Below are positions 32,901 through 39,591 of a stretch of 64,000 nt of DNA, in pieces; the stretch's first letter is position 1; each line of letters opens with the position of its first letter. Origin of the DNA: a virus (Duplodnaviria; Caudoviricetes). The stretch is from positions 1 through 64,000 of IMG/VR virus record IMGVR_UViG_3300030330_004956. One strand, written 5' to 3'. The position numbers and the translations under genes are program-made. The notes under the pieces were generated by a model. The model worked only from the letters and a program-made list of their open reading frames with translations. It made no database searches and was not told the origin of the DNA.

Positions 32901-33702
32901 GCAAGAACTAAATGACTTGTGGCAAGGCGTGAGATCAAAATCTCTAACGTCTGTAAAATTTGATACTAAGAGTGTCACCCACATTCTACGTCCAGAAGCG
33001 CTTCTGGGTTCTTTGAATGGGCAAGGAGTCGGCAGAAATGTATATGCAGACGCTGATAAACTTAAAAACTTAAAATGGTTGGTGTTCAAAGTCAAAGAAA
33101 AGGCAAATACCAGCTACACCAAAAAGATGGAATCCGATCTTGGTGATCCTAGATTCAAGTTTGATTTACAAAACAGTGAACAGGAAGAAGTCAACTATGG
33201 ATATAACTGGCCGTATGATTACTTCTCGTTGGTAGAAAATGCGAAACTATCTGTCGAGATTGATATGAGATACATACCAGATACCACACCCGGTAAAGAG
33301 TTTACTCCACCAAACCCGGATGATTATGATGATGATATTGAACAACAATATGATGGAATTATCGAAGATCCAGTTGCGCCACTGGAAGATTCAGAGACTC
33401 CCTATAAAGGCTATCAGGTTGAAAGCGTAGAGGACGATACGCCAACAGGCACCCTGCTAGCCAGCGGCATGGAGTATGGTACCGTAAATGATCTCTATGG
33501 TGATCCTGAAGATGACACCGGTGGCGGAGGTGGCACCGGAGGTGGCACAACTGTAGGATTCCGTAGTTTAGTTGACATTGAGATCGATGATCCGGCGAGT
33601 ATTACGCCATCAGTGCAGGGCTCTGGCGGAGGCGCTGGTTACGGTGGCTCTGGTGGTGGTGGCGTAGGACAAGGCTCAGATGGCGTTGATGATGATTACT
33701 AG
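17977..33702 (+). CDS. giant (5241 aa) gp7-like baseplate protein with multiple LamG/concanavalin-A domains and a nested repeat stalk
   Basis: LamG motifs (TIEMWLK, WTHVAL, LYING, FSGSIDEFRYW, YYKFNEG) at about 18505-19180; gp7/P2 gpI-like KQKGT...LHSFG at 19741; further LamG-like domains at about 20000-20780, 24460-25370 and 25950-26770; acidic Gly-rich C-terminal tail. Confidence 0.8.
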   Translation: MKLKDLFKSTKIIQSSSLEDMAREIESQEYIESFTKDKQRFLPNVDYSKPANFAYFGSAEKYYTDSFVRIRNTYPYDGSEREKFDWLNESTFIDLYIFDNRYPRFNGFVNLGYPSWGTLSGSLIDGYGKSDSDVYIKTFGGPHKSDLKTLKKQHEDANKYDTSKTRESNLKFKLEDGVTIEMWLKKPAFNTAKTEKEVLFDLWNGEASSSAQYGRLRLELTGASSGSPFLLTALSGTTGKQNQIIGQNITTASITDWTHVALTMKNSTTVATAVDTNLYINGALNRTQTISGMALKEVTGSMISYLGALQTAPSGSPTIQSGAGKFSGSIDEFRYWKTERTSKEIGRHYWTNIGGGTNTDQANTNLGVYYKFNEGITGTSSFDSVVLDYSGRVSNGTWTGYQAGARSTDSAIVLSKASKTEFKDPTIYSSHPTYKLVLDELEKSGSVHDTRNNSALFHTMPAWITEEDDTKHGNLKNLTQIMGSYFDNLYLHIQEINSLKDVYSHFQANVIDQQDLYASTSITGTVKPLPFADRLLTNAGFVAPELFADATVLEALATRSEDENYEMKLHNVKNQIYQNVYSCISNIYKQKGTNKSFRNVLHSFGVDEDVVKINFYGDNVDFEIEDRHKIRSSKEKFVSFSHPDRFHGTVYQYASGSSSSGFISGSGKDFEKYIPVTFEVQTVLPDKMPFNEPNGFATPFVTSSIVGIHEANASTPSSYTIPGTDSCGLDIYTVRDEQESKRVRFHLSSSALGVHLSSSLYDEQYKNNQWLLAFKIRNDKAPSADLVLSSSLNSSYLLEFVGYNTVDKSQIHTFSLTASVASASAHSFLNSSKRIYAGAQRQNFTGSTMQQFSDHNIGFVRYWMSYLEDETLQAHAYDSKNYGAGSPFRSSYLMEDSINDIKIPEIETLLLSWDFETLSTTDSSGQFIVLDTTSGSAEARYSPTFQSLKSKFYHGRGDKFLPNDEKVIDANHISIARVTYPEILQGDDMIEIRLQDDVKFTKNTLPQDYYIAFEKSMAQTVSEEMIRYMASVKDFNNLIGRPVNRYRMEYKDLSKLRQLFFEKIRNEPDLDKYIDYYKWLDDALGEMLVALVPASLKHSDGINNVIENYIFARDKYFNKFPTIEFKAPTPEGGMNTINRHLYPWKTGHAPVGGSPENENCFWWLNRAERDRPILSGSNSGSNHSRVKVFQNRKSVLDRSFTTAQHFAVDRGRSLHGGVNYEDNKKRDYVWSATKEVAEYPLQYNLFGGFPLRYIYTNNEMLMALKDCTDERPAHEKIKRAFFAIDGMESFRHAYLSSSRDGVFKGGMVMPFNIMSSSVTTGYAAQLSGSGNIGGIDLANVHSDTTDNTNAIPLQGPFTERWVGGHQSRHAPVNRGSDGEASRGEGYKILVSDLLNESGALGVVGADYPAPYSNMVDAPHFRVDQAKARYYRDGRAKRPLNIKNIKTSGSQVGNYQKNYQFVHTFGRAQQRLWMREQSVTIQRHNAINKTMPTTTQETGLFARGTGSAGNTMSNFHSSSLYLGGINTSTNETVNTATDSVLATKFSAPGSYETMSDIFLDLYGREKSVYNALPFRNLTVRGSGSGESGTFRLIDIHGNRYGLRTHLTRHSARFGIDSVVGSGKPSFHKVNRNAKWDASEESYDYDNYWHQHHIPQSDFQYKWVKLSHTATLATSSMAGHLLSDFSEPSGTTARYPHEHISYAVPSQSVVNRRRDTMTAYGYPSWEQVRNNDTPENNKLKKSYGYNIFNRITLPANAAHPHPSGNFLDITGSREESRVTANIPNKVDLAYKKSRFEFIYPYVNMRYHFSNQYFHYLNVNPNANETMYETFYSYYSNNANRTEDNTGFSVIRHKIRQNVFPQYIKHTKFNVRHRHFYTSHFWADGENKLYNTDTSETGSYHRLDEIGRRQTNVTASLFKTENLNTITKLNISAAPPVMTNIIPSQSIWSMDSRTNFTSSSPQIGASNSAGAPGVLQNQDHHFHNNTSKAVLLQSGSAASGSFQMSGATVPGTKATGSFTVRGIIPVGNKATGSFQVTSSNVQGTSGQVIFQAQPANVAAVSASYQFRVKGREIPGQFAKARFEVSGAFFTGSASSGSFVFDKDIPLGGRRSYVIARISTNTSRQGDLLKLNRRFESDHSFLFNPQGFTDFPANTSSLMPTNPRRSICLSGSEFIGVTLPTTGPGSGLSGVGTNKIQPRIFSMYTKITNSSLLHATNKKYLVYLYDAVNGNPVLELYYNSGSGGGNPTSYDLVMREYRLSGSSLGFTQLTWAGVGGSTSWRNFTIFTDPSSITGGGQIGHTALYIDGTKFGTAPTLDTSGMAGMGSATSMVYNEPTTMYIAGAPNSLISGDHRWTAEICIDSFVQWGSSSYHPDIVATQGTKQLNFVTAIYNGGTLEPHYSNTGSAHITQYYDFGQGRKGTSTSLAFCDDIKWPGRFFNLDPSSSPIGLNNAKISTGSLFNHIVVGDGLDPQHSTAAWVGTSGSNIHNKKARFRTGKFVDPKTEQDWRDHIVATISSVQSNDTFFDIEARVQEETASSNMSTTWYKRTSGSFAADPLATYTSGNGGISTGDTIGSVLLYVVSKQQSIGNDYQLDTCFGVNAQSGQLRSVLALSSSTTSNAPVQDGTVIHDTGISIGGTSIFLDHHSSSQTPANCVRTWTTLNKSFAMSSTSGFRLKNDYPVNGLLNNMQDSTMSWWYAKDGDNTGSGHMAFAIQFDAACNPSAGQGGYHFFYGGSAINIKVFASNTVHRRVQVTYANIAAQGGQLANFNVDDFNHYAILFDASTFDDNNGTAGFKLYVNGVEYTGTYSYSSTGTSFGGRGQNLLSLALMNGITHNNYRMYGRFTQFAAHRTLLTAAQVRELYSGGRHDEVQPVDPKNLAHYYPLNNIQDGVNAASVNDTLTTAGIAHVLDKTLNSARSACNLTVNGANGIRLRNGIPSNNRSTTVIKNALEETISNVVTNFTASRSGDRFTIISTTANSSFDGTAINNTADNFYTGASETSGGLDSSGSVQGHNLAIGSKTFIADGLGTSNTATNFYIANNSTDSDFWDDLSQSIKDNTVFDTINITGTGNKRFFNLTASTTGTANNGGFSVDTGNSFRVLQDAQGGTNHAGILDDDRIQLKPSTNSSLYRTFRADFGGSDSDTATIKFVHSSQSSDVNFWNALKTKIEAEGFGVAYNANSPSGGVATFTITNHIGGAAGNSPNNNIIDTPSFDHHTATTKFAGGSDTDGAQPGDTITINGVTITLVNSAPGNNQEVKVTGVSDTTFWNSLSSSLSHSIAPTYNVVKAGSGSPRTFTVTSVATGTAQNPNASEGGSSFTIDSQNVGTAESGAENGDEIIIGGSTFAINLGSGLGTGSTSDFHNALKDQIIAATNFDTITITALGTGYSAFRLTSSVTGTAENVDFETNSAGSRNTFNNTQGAGGGTNAFGIGHRDHIIFKDTEDSQAGTANVRFLADTTGTGSFAGNYTKAININTGGVGSGDDPNPLTGSTDEEKSNEWWNKLSASIKANTGFDEITITKADNVAVFHLTASLTGSNFNNDIVSIHLAPTTPPAGHGFEAFSQTKGGTNETGAKVGNTITLGDGTQGGFVNFSIVSSSSPGPREINAADTTDSAMFDALSASIKANTPYGSIIINSSSIPATFHLTSSRTSGVDPYTGLPDITGSNNNFAVGIGGSNRTFRNAVGVQGGTDGLFKFVKFTEVIPQPRYAYPHILTSPGSVRAPSAKSNLGLITPDYKLRSNHFNLTRSLGKSTDGLYDNTSRWITPDLTGLTPFDSDYNTWYEDIKAHNKHFALVPEFRISSHVPSIVASGTDLFDYFSRNYWMELTGTSFDDGKSVATNRRPNQNKFVGEYAITTNIKNVDTIVEDNNSNNVFPYKITLTCEALKKFLPYEGFYPQTRTVQMCEAFANSYGKHFRAQEADPSNTNLEFPINNVPAQSRPIYDAIMSPGILYNTIKSGMAVDYPVLLNRLITGSYLDPYGGTNYMIRNEYFNERLPFETLISPEAHLYKKSIVDANPHPSSSFNLKTRWTGQGDINYKLMANNFFAETIEFFLQGGKTSRIISKPDTDPSFGIVLQDHAGRLPVYRAMFRVYKSKKAHPYLELSGTTDIISGSDSAFDKFHNRPPSGTNYFLKEYGQRTGSALEYDIQKVNFPRPQFNPYVEVETMTMYSQPNAFGPPCAGGVAVQLKDFGGGGGAARGGTNNNTTYMMYDSTNGYNSPFTPPYYDGEAWAIYTFAPIRSGKHTLDEIIENTTVKYLRYELNHESGSFGDRGTAGPQGFAINDNAMQANASFDLFKQISIAPAVFDIAGETQAVDKDPRKEGKAWVIQSKFETPILDFSKYLNREYNAEFESDVTSADIYTASLSLSGASQEKDNLSSVHASLASVSKLSGALNPIGMWHQYGEFPENEDKGIFMQLVDVPPSYVELGTEMTIANPKYTLIQPNDPSCDASGMGQVYATASIVSEVLPYFKKTEIRRRLEGVDEFSAVGGAIQVLNADTGIILDTELREADLQAAFGTLPTANSGNMIGNFSVFNVFRDSTNYTMNILTGSTFSSGKFKVFSAGSDVSNDYSRATTGDFPGHFAASYYHFDRPTTYAPLLIATKNLNSLKYDFGEFRNGFFEDFLKDFSIGIHYSDQSPTFGDSEPMKCASGSQGLVFVPKLLIHTLELKNNNLTLGTLSELKADDTITKELLGVNTIITNNNKTKKSFKSLKKVISMPPAGLKKPKSVGDFQVGGFTGVTKKFDLIPPRPAVQTQPSTASYTQFEPMFVRAAIRFNQGAPTQSANQLYNTDNFASMSQYAPQNENNIAGNASTVRWGQYMHTEGVHQLTKSLADLVGFSQQKVKMGVTAEARIIREAVVAIPYVQEGGVRNYLNLNKPAVDKYLFAKGYTRFDRTTERGQKMDPPVGADVIDDIETALGGDTSPDSFSDPRDLVHSSVKRQISKMRQYSLPPHLDFVKFNINPVAMYFFEFKKELNRQELNDLWQGVRSKSLTSVKFDTKSVTHILRPEALLGSLNGQGVGRNVYADADKLKNLKWLVFKVKEKANTSYTKKMESDLGDPRFKFDLQNSEQEEVNYGYNWPYDYFSLVENAKLSVEIDMRYIPDTTPGKEFTPPNPDDYDDDIEQQYDGIIEDPVAPLEDSETPYKGYQVESVEDDTPTGTLLASGMEYGTVNDLYGDPEDDTGGGGGTGGGTTVGFRSLVDIEIDDPASITPSVQGSGGGAGYGGSGGGGVGQGSDGVDDDY
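23950..24333 (+). repeat. eight tandem 48-bp (16-aa) degenerate repeats, consensus Gxx(A/S)xxxF
   Basis: GSAASGSFQMSGATVP, GTKATGSFTVRGIIPV, GNKATGSFQVTSSNVQ, GTSGQVIFQAQPANVA, AVSASYQFRVKGREIP, GQFAKARFEVSGAFFT, GSASSGSFVFDKDIPL, GGRRSYVIARISTNTS; Phe at position 8 in seven of eight. Confidence 0.85.
26989..29043 (+). repeat. six tandem ~100-140 aa domain repeats in the giant protein
   Basis: Units start at 26989, 27301, 27655, 27958, 28255 and 28684; each follows GDxIxI...(F/W)(W/H/F)xxLxxxI...FxLT(A/S)xxTG...GG(T/S)(N/D). Confidence 0.85.
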
Positions 33703-33713
33703 GAGGGGTTACA

Positions 33714-34727
33714 ATGACATTTTTTGATAAAAAAGAAGAAGTATTAGAGATTAAACTTAGTTCCCATGGGAAACAAAAATTAGCAGCCGGCACTTTTAAG
33801 CCAGTTTATTATGCTTTTTTCGATGATGATGTGCTATATGATGGCGCCCGAGGTGGCATCACAGAAGATAATAATAATATTGAGCCAAGGATCCAAGAAA
33901 ATACACCCTCCACAAGAGTACAAACGAGCTTTGTAGATTTAGAGGAATTAGTCATGAGACAAACCCATGACTTAACAGCGGCTGGAGTGTATCACGAATC
34001 GAATGTTTCCGACTTAAAATTGGATCCAACGGTGTTTAAGGATTACGATGGATTAAGAAATGTTTTGCCGTTAGGAAATTCTCAACTAGGAAATAGAAAT
34101 GTAGCCTCTTGGAGAGTTGAGTTTTTAGAAGGAAATTTTCATACTTCCAAGGCTTTGATAAATGACGACTTGGAAAAGAAACCAATCGTCAATATACCAC
34201 AAATTGAATCTAATCTTACCGTACAGCCTTTTTTGGTAGAAAAAGATTTTACAGGAGTCGTCGATCCGGAAACAGGTAGATATGTTGTGTTAAACAGCGA
34301 GAACAATCATTTTATAAGATTGGAAAATGATTATATATTACTAGACGTCTCAGAAGCAAATGTAGATTTGTTAAATGATTCTTTTACGTTAGAAATTTAT
34401 GAAGTAAAAACAGAAGATGGTAAAGAGGTTTTATCTCCAAAATTATTTAAAAAAGAGGTACAACAAGTTGTAAATGACTTGCTGATCGATCCCGATGAAC
34501 TTATGCAACAAATAAACTCTTTCAATGTTCCGATAGATTCAAATTTTGCAGAATATTATTTTTCTATAGCAAAAGATGATGAAATCGATGGTAAAACTAA
34601 ATTTGACAAAATAGTATCCAGAGAATCCAAGGGCAACTTGTACGATAACACTGTTGGATATGAAGAGTTCACACAAAAGCCCGGCGGAGAGCTATATACT
34701 TCTGATAATGATGGAGATAATTGTTAA
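33714..34727 (+). CDS. baseplate protein with the N-half of a DUF3751/gp8-like module
   Basis: MTFFD...LSSHGKQKLAAGTFKPVYYAFFDDDVLY parallels the N-terminus of 39592-40494; AGGAGG SD. Confidence 0.6.
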   Translation: MTFFDKKEEVLEIKLSSHGKQKLAAGTFKPVYYAFFDDDVLYDGARGGITEDNNNIEPRIQENTPSTRVQTSFVDLEELVMRQTHDLTAAGVYHESNVSDLKLDPTVFKDYDGLRNVLPLGNSQLGNRNVASWRVEFLEGNFHTSKALINDDLEKKPIVNIPQIESNLTVQPFLVEKDFTGVVDPETGRYVVLNSENNHFIRLENDYILLDVSEANVDLLNDSFTLEIYEVKTEDGKEVLSPKLFKKEVQQVVNDLLIDPDELMQQINSFNVPIDSNFAEYYFSIAKDDEIDGKTKFDKIVSRESKGNLYDNTVGYEEFTQKPGGELYTSDNDGDNC

Positions 34728-37618
34728 TGGCTAGATGTACGTTAGATGATTTGGTACCTTCCGTTAGGTGTAACAGGGTTTTTCTTGAGCCAATTTCTTC
34801 AATTAGTGAATCAGAAACACAATCTTTTGTTTCTGGGGTTTACAGTGTTTCGTTTGATCTGTCGGTTTATGATATTGTAGATGATGAAAACGGAATAGCA
34901 AACTACTTGTTGACGGATAAGTTCAAAAACCAAATTAAATATAAGTTAATATATTGTAGAGATGACTCTTTTAAAGAATTATGTGATTTGTTTAAGTCAA
35001 ATAGAGCTATACCTCCATCCATTCAATCGTATTTATTGTCACAACTAGCTTTTAACGAAGCAGTCGAAGCTGTAAAGTCTAAAGAAGCAGACACACGAAC
35101 AATGCTTAATTATATAATGGATAACTTGACTCTGCCCGGAAAAGATTATCTCAAAGAAACTTCATTTTATAATAAAGTGGTAGAAAAATTAACAGCATTT
35201 TATAATTCTGATTGTGACATTAAGCCGGGATTTACGGACATTCCTTCGGAATCACATGGTGCAAGATTTTTCAACGACAAAGGACAGATTGAATATGATC
35301 TTAAAATACCTTTAGGATCCGTCGTATACGAAAATAGCACTAGTGTTAAAGATTGTTACTTGTATATAATTCCTTCATATGATCTAGTGGAGGCATATTC
35401 TGAATTAGGCTTTGAACAAGCGATTTTCGAAAACATGATCGACGAAGAAGCAATGAAATTTTTCTTCAAAGAAGTCCATCGCTGCCCCGTACTGATAAAT
35501 AAAAAGCCAGCAAACGACACCGTACAAGATTTCAGACTCGTGGAGAGAATAGCAGAAATAATGGACATTGACAGAATTACTGATTACGATGCTACCGTTG
35601 ATAAAATTTCTTCTGTGTCTGATTCTTATAAGACTAATCAAATTAATATAACAAGTCAGTTGTTCAATTCTTTTGTTGGTAGCTCCAAGGAATTATATAT
35701 CATAAGTTCATTTTATTTGAATACAAAAATGTTGTTAATACAAAATTCAAAATTTCCTTTTATATACAAAAATTTATATGAGCCAAAAGAAGGATCCGCA
35801 TTGTCAGGACAATCGGAAGAATCTCAAACCATTCGAGCGCTTATGGCAGAGTTGGTGTCCAAATATTTTAATATTGATAAAATGTCGATATTTAGAGAAA
35901 GAGTTGACGAACCCGGCGAGTCTGTAAGGATTGCATTCGACTCACAGATTTCTGCAATGGAGATAATGGATGACAATGTTGGATATTCATTTGTAGACAA
36001 CGATTTTAAAAACATTGATTCTGGTGAATACAAATACAGAATGGAATTAGAACTTCATGATCCAATGGAAAATGTAGTCGAAGAGTTGGTTTTAGATGTT
36101 AAGAAATTTTCTAATCGCTTCAAAAAAGCATTAAAGTATATCAATAATTCAAATAGTACAAATAACCAAGGAATTAAAGCTTCTTACAATGAAATGAGAG
36201 ATGAACTGAGCCAACATACTATAAACGAAATACTATCTCAAAACCCACCAACCAGTGCAGAATTGAAAAAAGAATTTCTTTCTTTCCAGACATTGTTTGC
36301 ATTTTTTACAGGAGAATTGTTTAGTACGGTGTCAACTGCAATGATTGATTTACAAAAAGTTTTTAGAAGCAGAAAGCTTATGGTAAACATTCATAGGGTG
36401 GTTGAAGACATGCTTTTTGAGGTTCAGAAATATTATGAAACAAAAGATGTCACAAATGCTTCATTAAGTTCAAATAAGCCATCATCGTATATTTTCGTCA
36501 ATAAAGTGTGGAGTAACACAGTAAAAGCTAAACAACAAACTAAAATGATTCTGGATTTAATTGGAAAAGATCAATATGTTTTAAACGAAAGTGCATATGC
36601 TGAACAAAACCATCGCGAGGCATCGGCACACTACGGAGATCAAGTTGGTAATGAATTTGGTAGAACCAAAAATATTGGATGCTTTACGCCTAAAATGTTA
36701 GATGATCAACCAATTTATCAAGGAACAACGCAAAATGCATTTTTAGCTAAATTGTCATTAGATCTTTTGGAGATGCCAATTACAAGCCCTAGGCACAAAA
36801 AAGTAATTGAAGATTTCTTTGGCGGCACAAAGCCAGAGTATTCCGAAGAAGAAATGAAAAATAATTATGGAGCCTTCGAGACAATGTTGACAAATTTGGG
36901 AGTAACAATTACAAATACAACATTGAAAAAATTTGAGTTTCAAAGTAAAATGCGAGGCGAAACAGCCCAAAATCCAGCATCTTATGGTATTGAAGATGGC
37001 TCAAATGTTGATACATCGTTAGAGATCGGAGGCATTGCTGAGTTTGAGCCAACTATTATACCAGCCGATGAAGAGCTTCTGGCTGAACAAGATACTGGCA
37101 ATACCGCAGTTTCTCATGCATTCTACAGTGAGTTTTTGAAAAAAGAAGACTTAGCGTCTAAAATTGTATGTAGGGGAAGTGGCTATAACGCGTTTGATAG
37201 ATTAGAGTTTACTCAGGGCGCCATTAGAAAATCTTTTCAGCCTTCGTATATTTCTTTCTATACTCACTTTCATGAGGCACCCAGAAGAGCCCAGCCACTA
37301 CATTTTGAAGGAGAAAGAATAGTCAACTTGATGCTTCAATCTCACGCAAACGAAACAGAACCTATTGTGTCAAAAGTAAAAAGTAGATTATTATTGGATA
37401 ATACCTTTTTGGTGTATTACTTACATAGCTTTGATAAGAATATGCAACCTCAATGGCGCCATCTTGTAGACTACTCCATGTTTGAAAATCAGTTTGAGAA
37501 AGGGAGAGAAAGAGTACTTTGCAAATTAAAGAGGTATCAATCTTCTATGGCAAACATTGGACAAGGCGCTTTATCTGATCGAGACATATTTTTAGAATAT
37601 TTTTATTTGCGAAGATAG
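34727..37618 (+). CDS. large hypothetical protein in the baseplate module
   Basis: About 963-aa ORF; TAATG coupling at 34725-34729 with GGAG SD. Confidence 0.75.
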   Translation: MARCTLDDLVPSVRCNRVFLEPISSISESETQSFVSGVYSVSFDLSVYDIVDDENGIANYLLTDKFKNQIKYKLIYCRDDSFKELCDLFKSNRAIPPSIQSYLLSQLAFNEAVEAVKSKEADTRTMLNYIMDNLTLPGKDYLKETSFYNKVVEKLTAFYNSDCDIKPGFTDIPSESHGARFFNDKGQIEYDLKIPLGSVVYENSTSVKDCYLYIIPSYDLVEAYSELGFEQAIFENMIDEEAMKFFFKEVHRCPVLINKKPANDTVQDFRLVERIAEIMDIDRITDYDATVDKISSVSDSYKTNQINITSQLFNSFVGSSKELYIISSFYLNTKMLLIQNSKFPFIYKNLYEPKEGSALSGQSEESQTIRALMAELVSKYFNIDKMSIFRERVDEPGESVRIAFDSQISAMEIMDDNVGYSFVDNDFKNIDSGEYKYRMELELHDPMENVVEELVLDVKKFSNRFKKALKYINNSNSTNNQGIKASYNEMRDELSQHTINEILSQNPPTSAELKKEFLSFQTLFAFFTGELFSTVSTAMIDLQKVFRSRKLMVNIHRVVEDMLFEVQKYYETKDVTNASLSSNKPSSYIFVNKVWSNTVKAKQQTKMILDLIGKDQYVLNESAYAEQNHREASAHYGDQVGNEFGRTKNIGCFTPKMLDDQPIYQGTTQNAFLAKLSLDLLEMPITSPRHKKVIEDFFGGTKPEYSEEEMKNNYGAFETMLTNLGVTITNTTLKKFEFQSKMRGETAQNPASYGIEDGSNVDTSLEIGGIAEFEPTIIPADEELLAEQDTGNTAVSHAFYSEFLKKEDLASKIVCRGSGYNAFDRLEFTQGAIRKSFQPSYISFYTHFHEAPRRAQPLHFEGERIVNLMLQSHANETEPIVSKVKSRLLLDNTFLVYYLHSFDKNMQPQWRHLVDYSMFENQFEKGRERVLCKLKRYQSSMANIGQGALSDRDIFLEYFYLRR

Positions 37619-37626
37619 CCTATTTA
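37619..37626 (+). promoter_or_regulatory. putative late promoter variant CCTATTTA
   Basis: Lies in the short intergenic gap before 37644. Confidence 0.5.
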
Positions 37627-37643
37627 CTGAAAAGGACAATATA

Positions 37644-39536
37644 ATGAAAACAGCTACTTTCAATGACATTGATACCATTAATTTTGTAGACAACAAATTA
37701 GTGGAATATAAAATTAGAAATCACCGGTATCCTTTGCCCACACCCAGATCTGAATTGTACAGTAAACTTTTGGTAGAGCGTGATGCTAGAAATCCCGAAT
37801 CATTGTTGGAGCCAGAGCAAGGTAGTATTTTGTCGGCAGATGTAGATTACGAGTATAATTATTACGTTCCAAGATATGAACAATTGGGTGCAATACCCGG
37901 TGTTTCTAGGGCAACTCAAATACTACCAGATTTGAATATGTTTCTTGCCTATGAAGAAGATTATCTAGATATAGATCAGAGAAAAGACTTTAATACATTG
38001 TTTACTGCGTTTAATACATTGCCCGATGATTTCACGGGACGCCATCTTTTGAGTAGAGACTATTTTGTAGATTTTGGTTTCGCCGTTTCTAAACTGTCTG
38101 ACGATGAACGAATTATCCAATCAACTCGAAATACTACGTTTGTTAATAAAAAGATGAGAGATTTGTATCTAGATAACGAAAATAAAAGAGAGATGTTTCC
38201 ATATTTTGGCAAAATTTCCATTGAAGGATTTGCAGATTCTGAGGTAGCTAGCATATTACAAACTCACAAGCTTGATAAAAGGTTTTGCGAGTATCTTGCG
38301 ATGCACAGAGAAGATCACTCTAAAGACGCTACATATGTAATAGTGCCTTCTGACAAGCCAACCCCGATTGTTAGAAATGTAAAATATTACTCTCTGCTAG
38401 ATTTATATACTCATCTAGATGATAATCATGGCGGCGGACAAACTTATGAAGTAGCGCAAACCACAGATAGTACCTGTGCATACTTTGAAAATTTTCTATT
38501 GGGTACCATGGCAAGAAATAGATTTGAAAAATACATTGAATCTAGCGAAGTTGGAACATCTACCCCGGTTGCTTTTAGGTTGGAAAAGTATGACAAAAGT
38601 ACTTTTATTTCATCTCACTATTTCTTCAATTATGAAGAAATGTCAAATTTTAAATTCTTTGATACACAGGTTCACTACGATCATGTATATGAATATAGAG
38701 TAAATATAATAAACTCAGTGGTAGCCGAAGAAGCGTCTACGGGCAAAAAGCATTTGATATTTTTAGAAGAATTTTTCTACAAAGATGATTTTTACATTCT
38801 TGATTCTCCGCCAATTCCGCCGGATATAGAATTAATAACTTATCGCGGCGTAAGTGATAAGCTGCTGATACTATTTAATCAAATGATAGACAAGCGGGCA
38901 ATGGTACCAATCTATATAAACGAATCAGATCTCCTAACATTTGAGCGACAGTACCAAGCTCAAAAGATAGATAAGCCAGATCCGATTGTGTTTGAGAGTG
39001 ATGATCCAACTAACTTTGAACTTTTCAAATGCATGAAGCACCCATCAAGCTATTCAGAGTTTGCAAATCCGTTTTACAAAATTATATATTCTGATGAAAT
39101 GACTGCTGCATCCTATACAGATACGATTATTCCTAACCAAACGTACTATTACATGTTTAGGGCTTTGGATATGCACGGATTTTGCTCAAATCCTTCTCCT
39201 ATTTATGAGTTTACTCTAATTAAAGAGGGAGAGACAATGTATCCAAGAATTAGAACAGTTGAACTTGCAAAGCCAGATCCTCCAGTACAGAAATCTAAAG
39301 ATTTTAAAAAATATATTAAGATCGGCTTTGCACCAGAGCAAATGCAATTAGATCCAGATAGCATTAGTCTGACAGCGGCTACAAATATAGTTGGCAAACA
39401 TATAGCCATCGGCACTAGAGAAGAAAGAATAGTTGGTTCTAATAGAAAGTTTAAATTTAGAATCAGAAGTAAAAATACTGGTAAATTGATTGACATTAAT
39501 GTAACTTTTAAAAAGAATAAGGTAATTAAAGCATAA
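37644..39536 (+). CDS. putative structural protein with FN3-like domains
   Basis: DTQVHYDHVYEYRV and YTDTIIPNQTYYYMFRA...SNPS resemble FN3 C-terminal strands; preceded by CCTATTTA. Confidence 0.55.
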   Translation: MKTATFNDIDTINFVDNKLVEYKIRNHRYPLPTPRSELYSKLLVERDARNPESLLEPEQGSILSADVDYEYNYYVPRYEQLGAIPGVSRATQILPDLNMFLAYEEDYLDIDQRKDFNTLFTAFNTLPDDFTGRHLLSRDYFVDFGFAVSKLSDDERIIQSTRNTTFVNKKMRDLYLDNENKREMFPYFGKISIEGFADSEVASILQTHKLDKRFCEYLAMHREDHSKDATYVIVPSDKPTPIVRNVKYYSLLDLYTHLDDNHGGGQTYEVAQTTDSTCAYFENFLLGTMARNRFEKYIESSEVGTSTPVAFRLEKYDKSTFISSHYFFNYEEMSNFKFFDTQVHYDHVYEYRVNIINSVVAEEASTGKKHLIFLEEFFYKDDFYILDSPPIPPDIELITYRGVSDKLLILFNQMIDKRAMVPIYINESDLLTFERQYQAQKIDKPDPIVFESDDPTNFELFKCMKHPSSYSEFANPFYKIIYSDEMTAASYTDTIIPNQTYYYMFRALDMHGFCSNPSPIYEFTLIKEGETMYPRIRTVELAKPDPPVQKSKDFKKYIKIGFAPEQMQLDPDSISLTAATNIVGKHIAIGTREERIVGSNRKFKFRIRSKNTGKLIDINVTFKKNKVIKA

Positions 39537-39549
39537 ATGGTGACAATTC

Positions 39550-39557
39550 ACTATTTA
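39550..39557 (+). promoter_or_regulatory. putative late promoter ACTATTTA
   Basis: Intergenic, before 39592. Confidence 0.65.
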
Positions 39558-39591
39558 TGATAAAACACGATAAACTTGAGAGGAACGAAAT

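Noticed and set aside
33300-33702. GC-rich Gly/Asp tract at the end of the giant gene as a possible foreign insertion
   Set aside because: It is in frame and explained by poly-Gly/acidic low-complexity coding; no element boundaries are visible.
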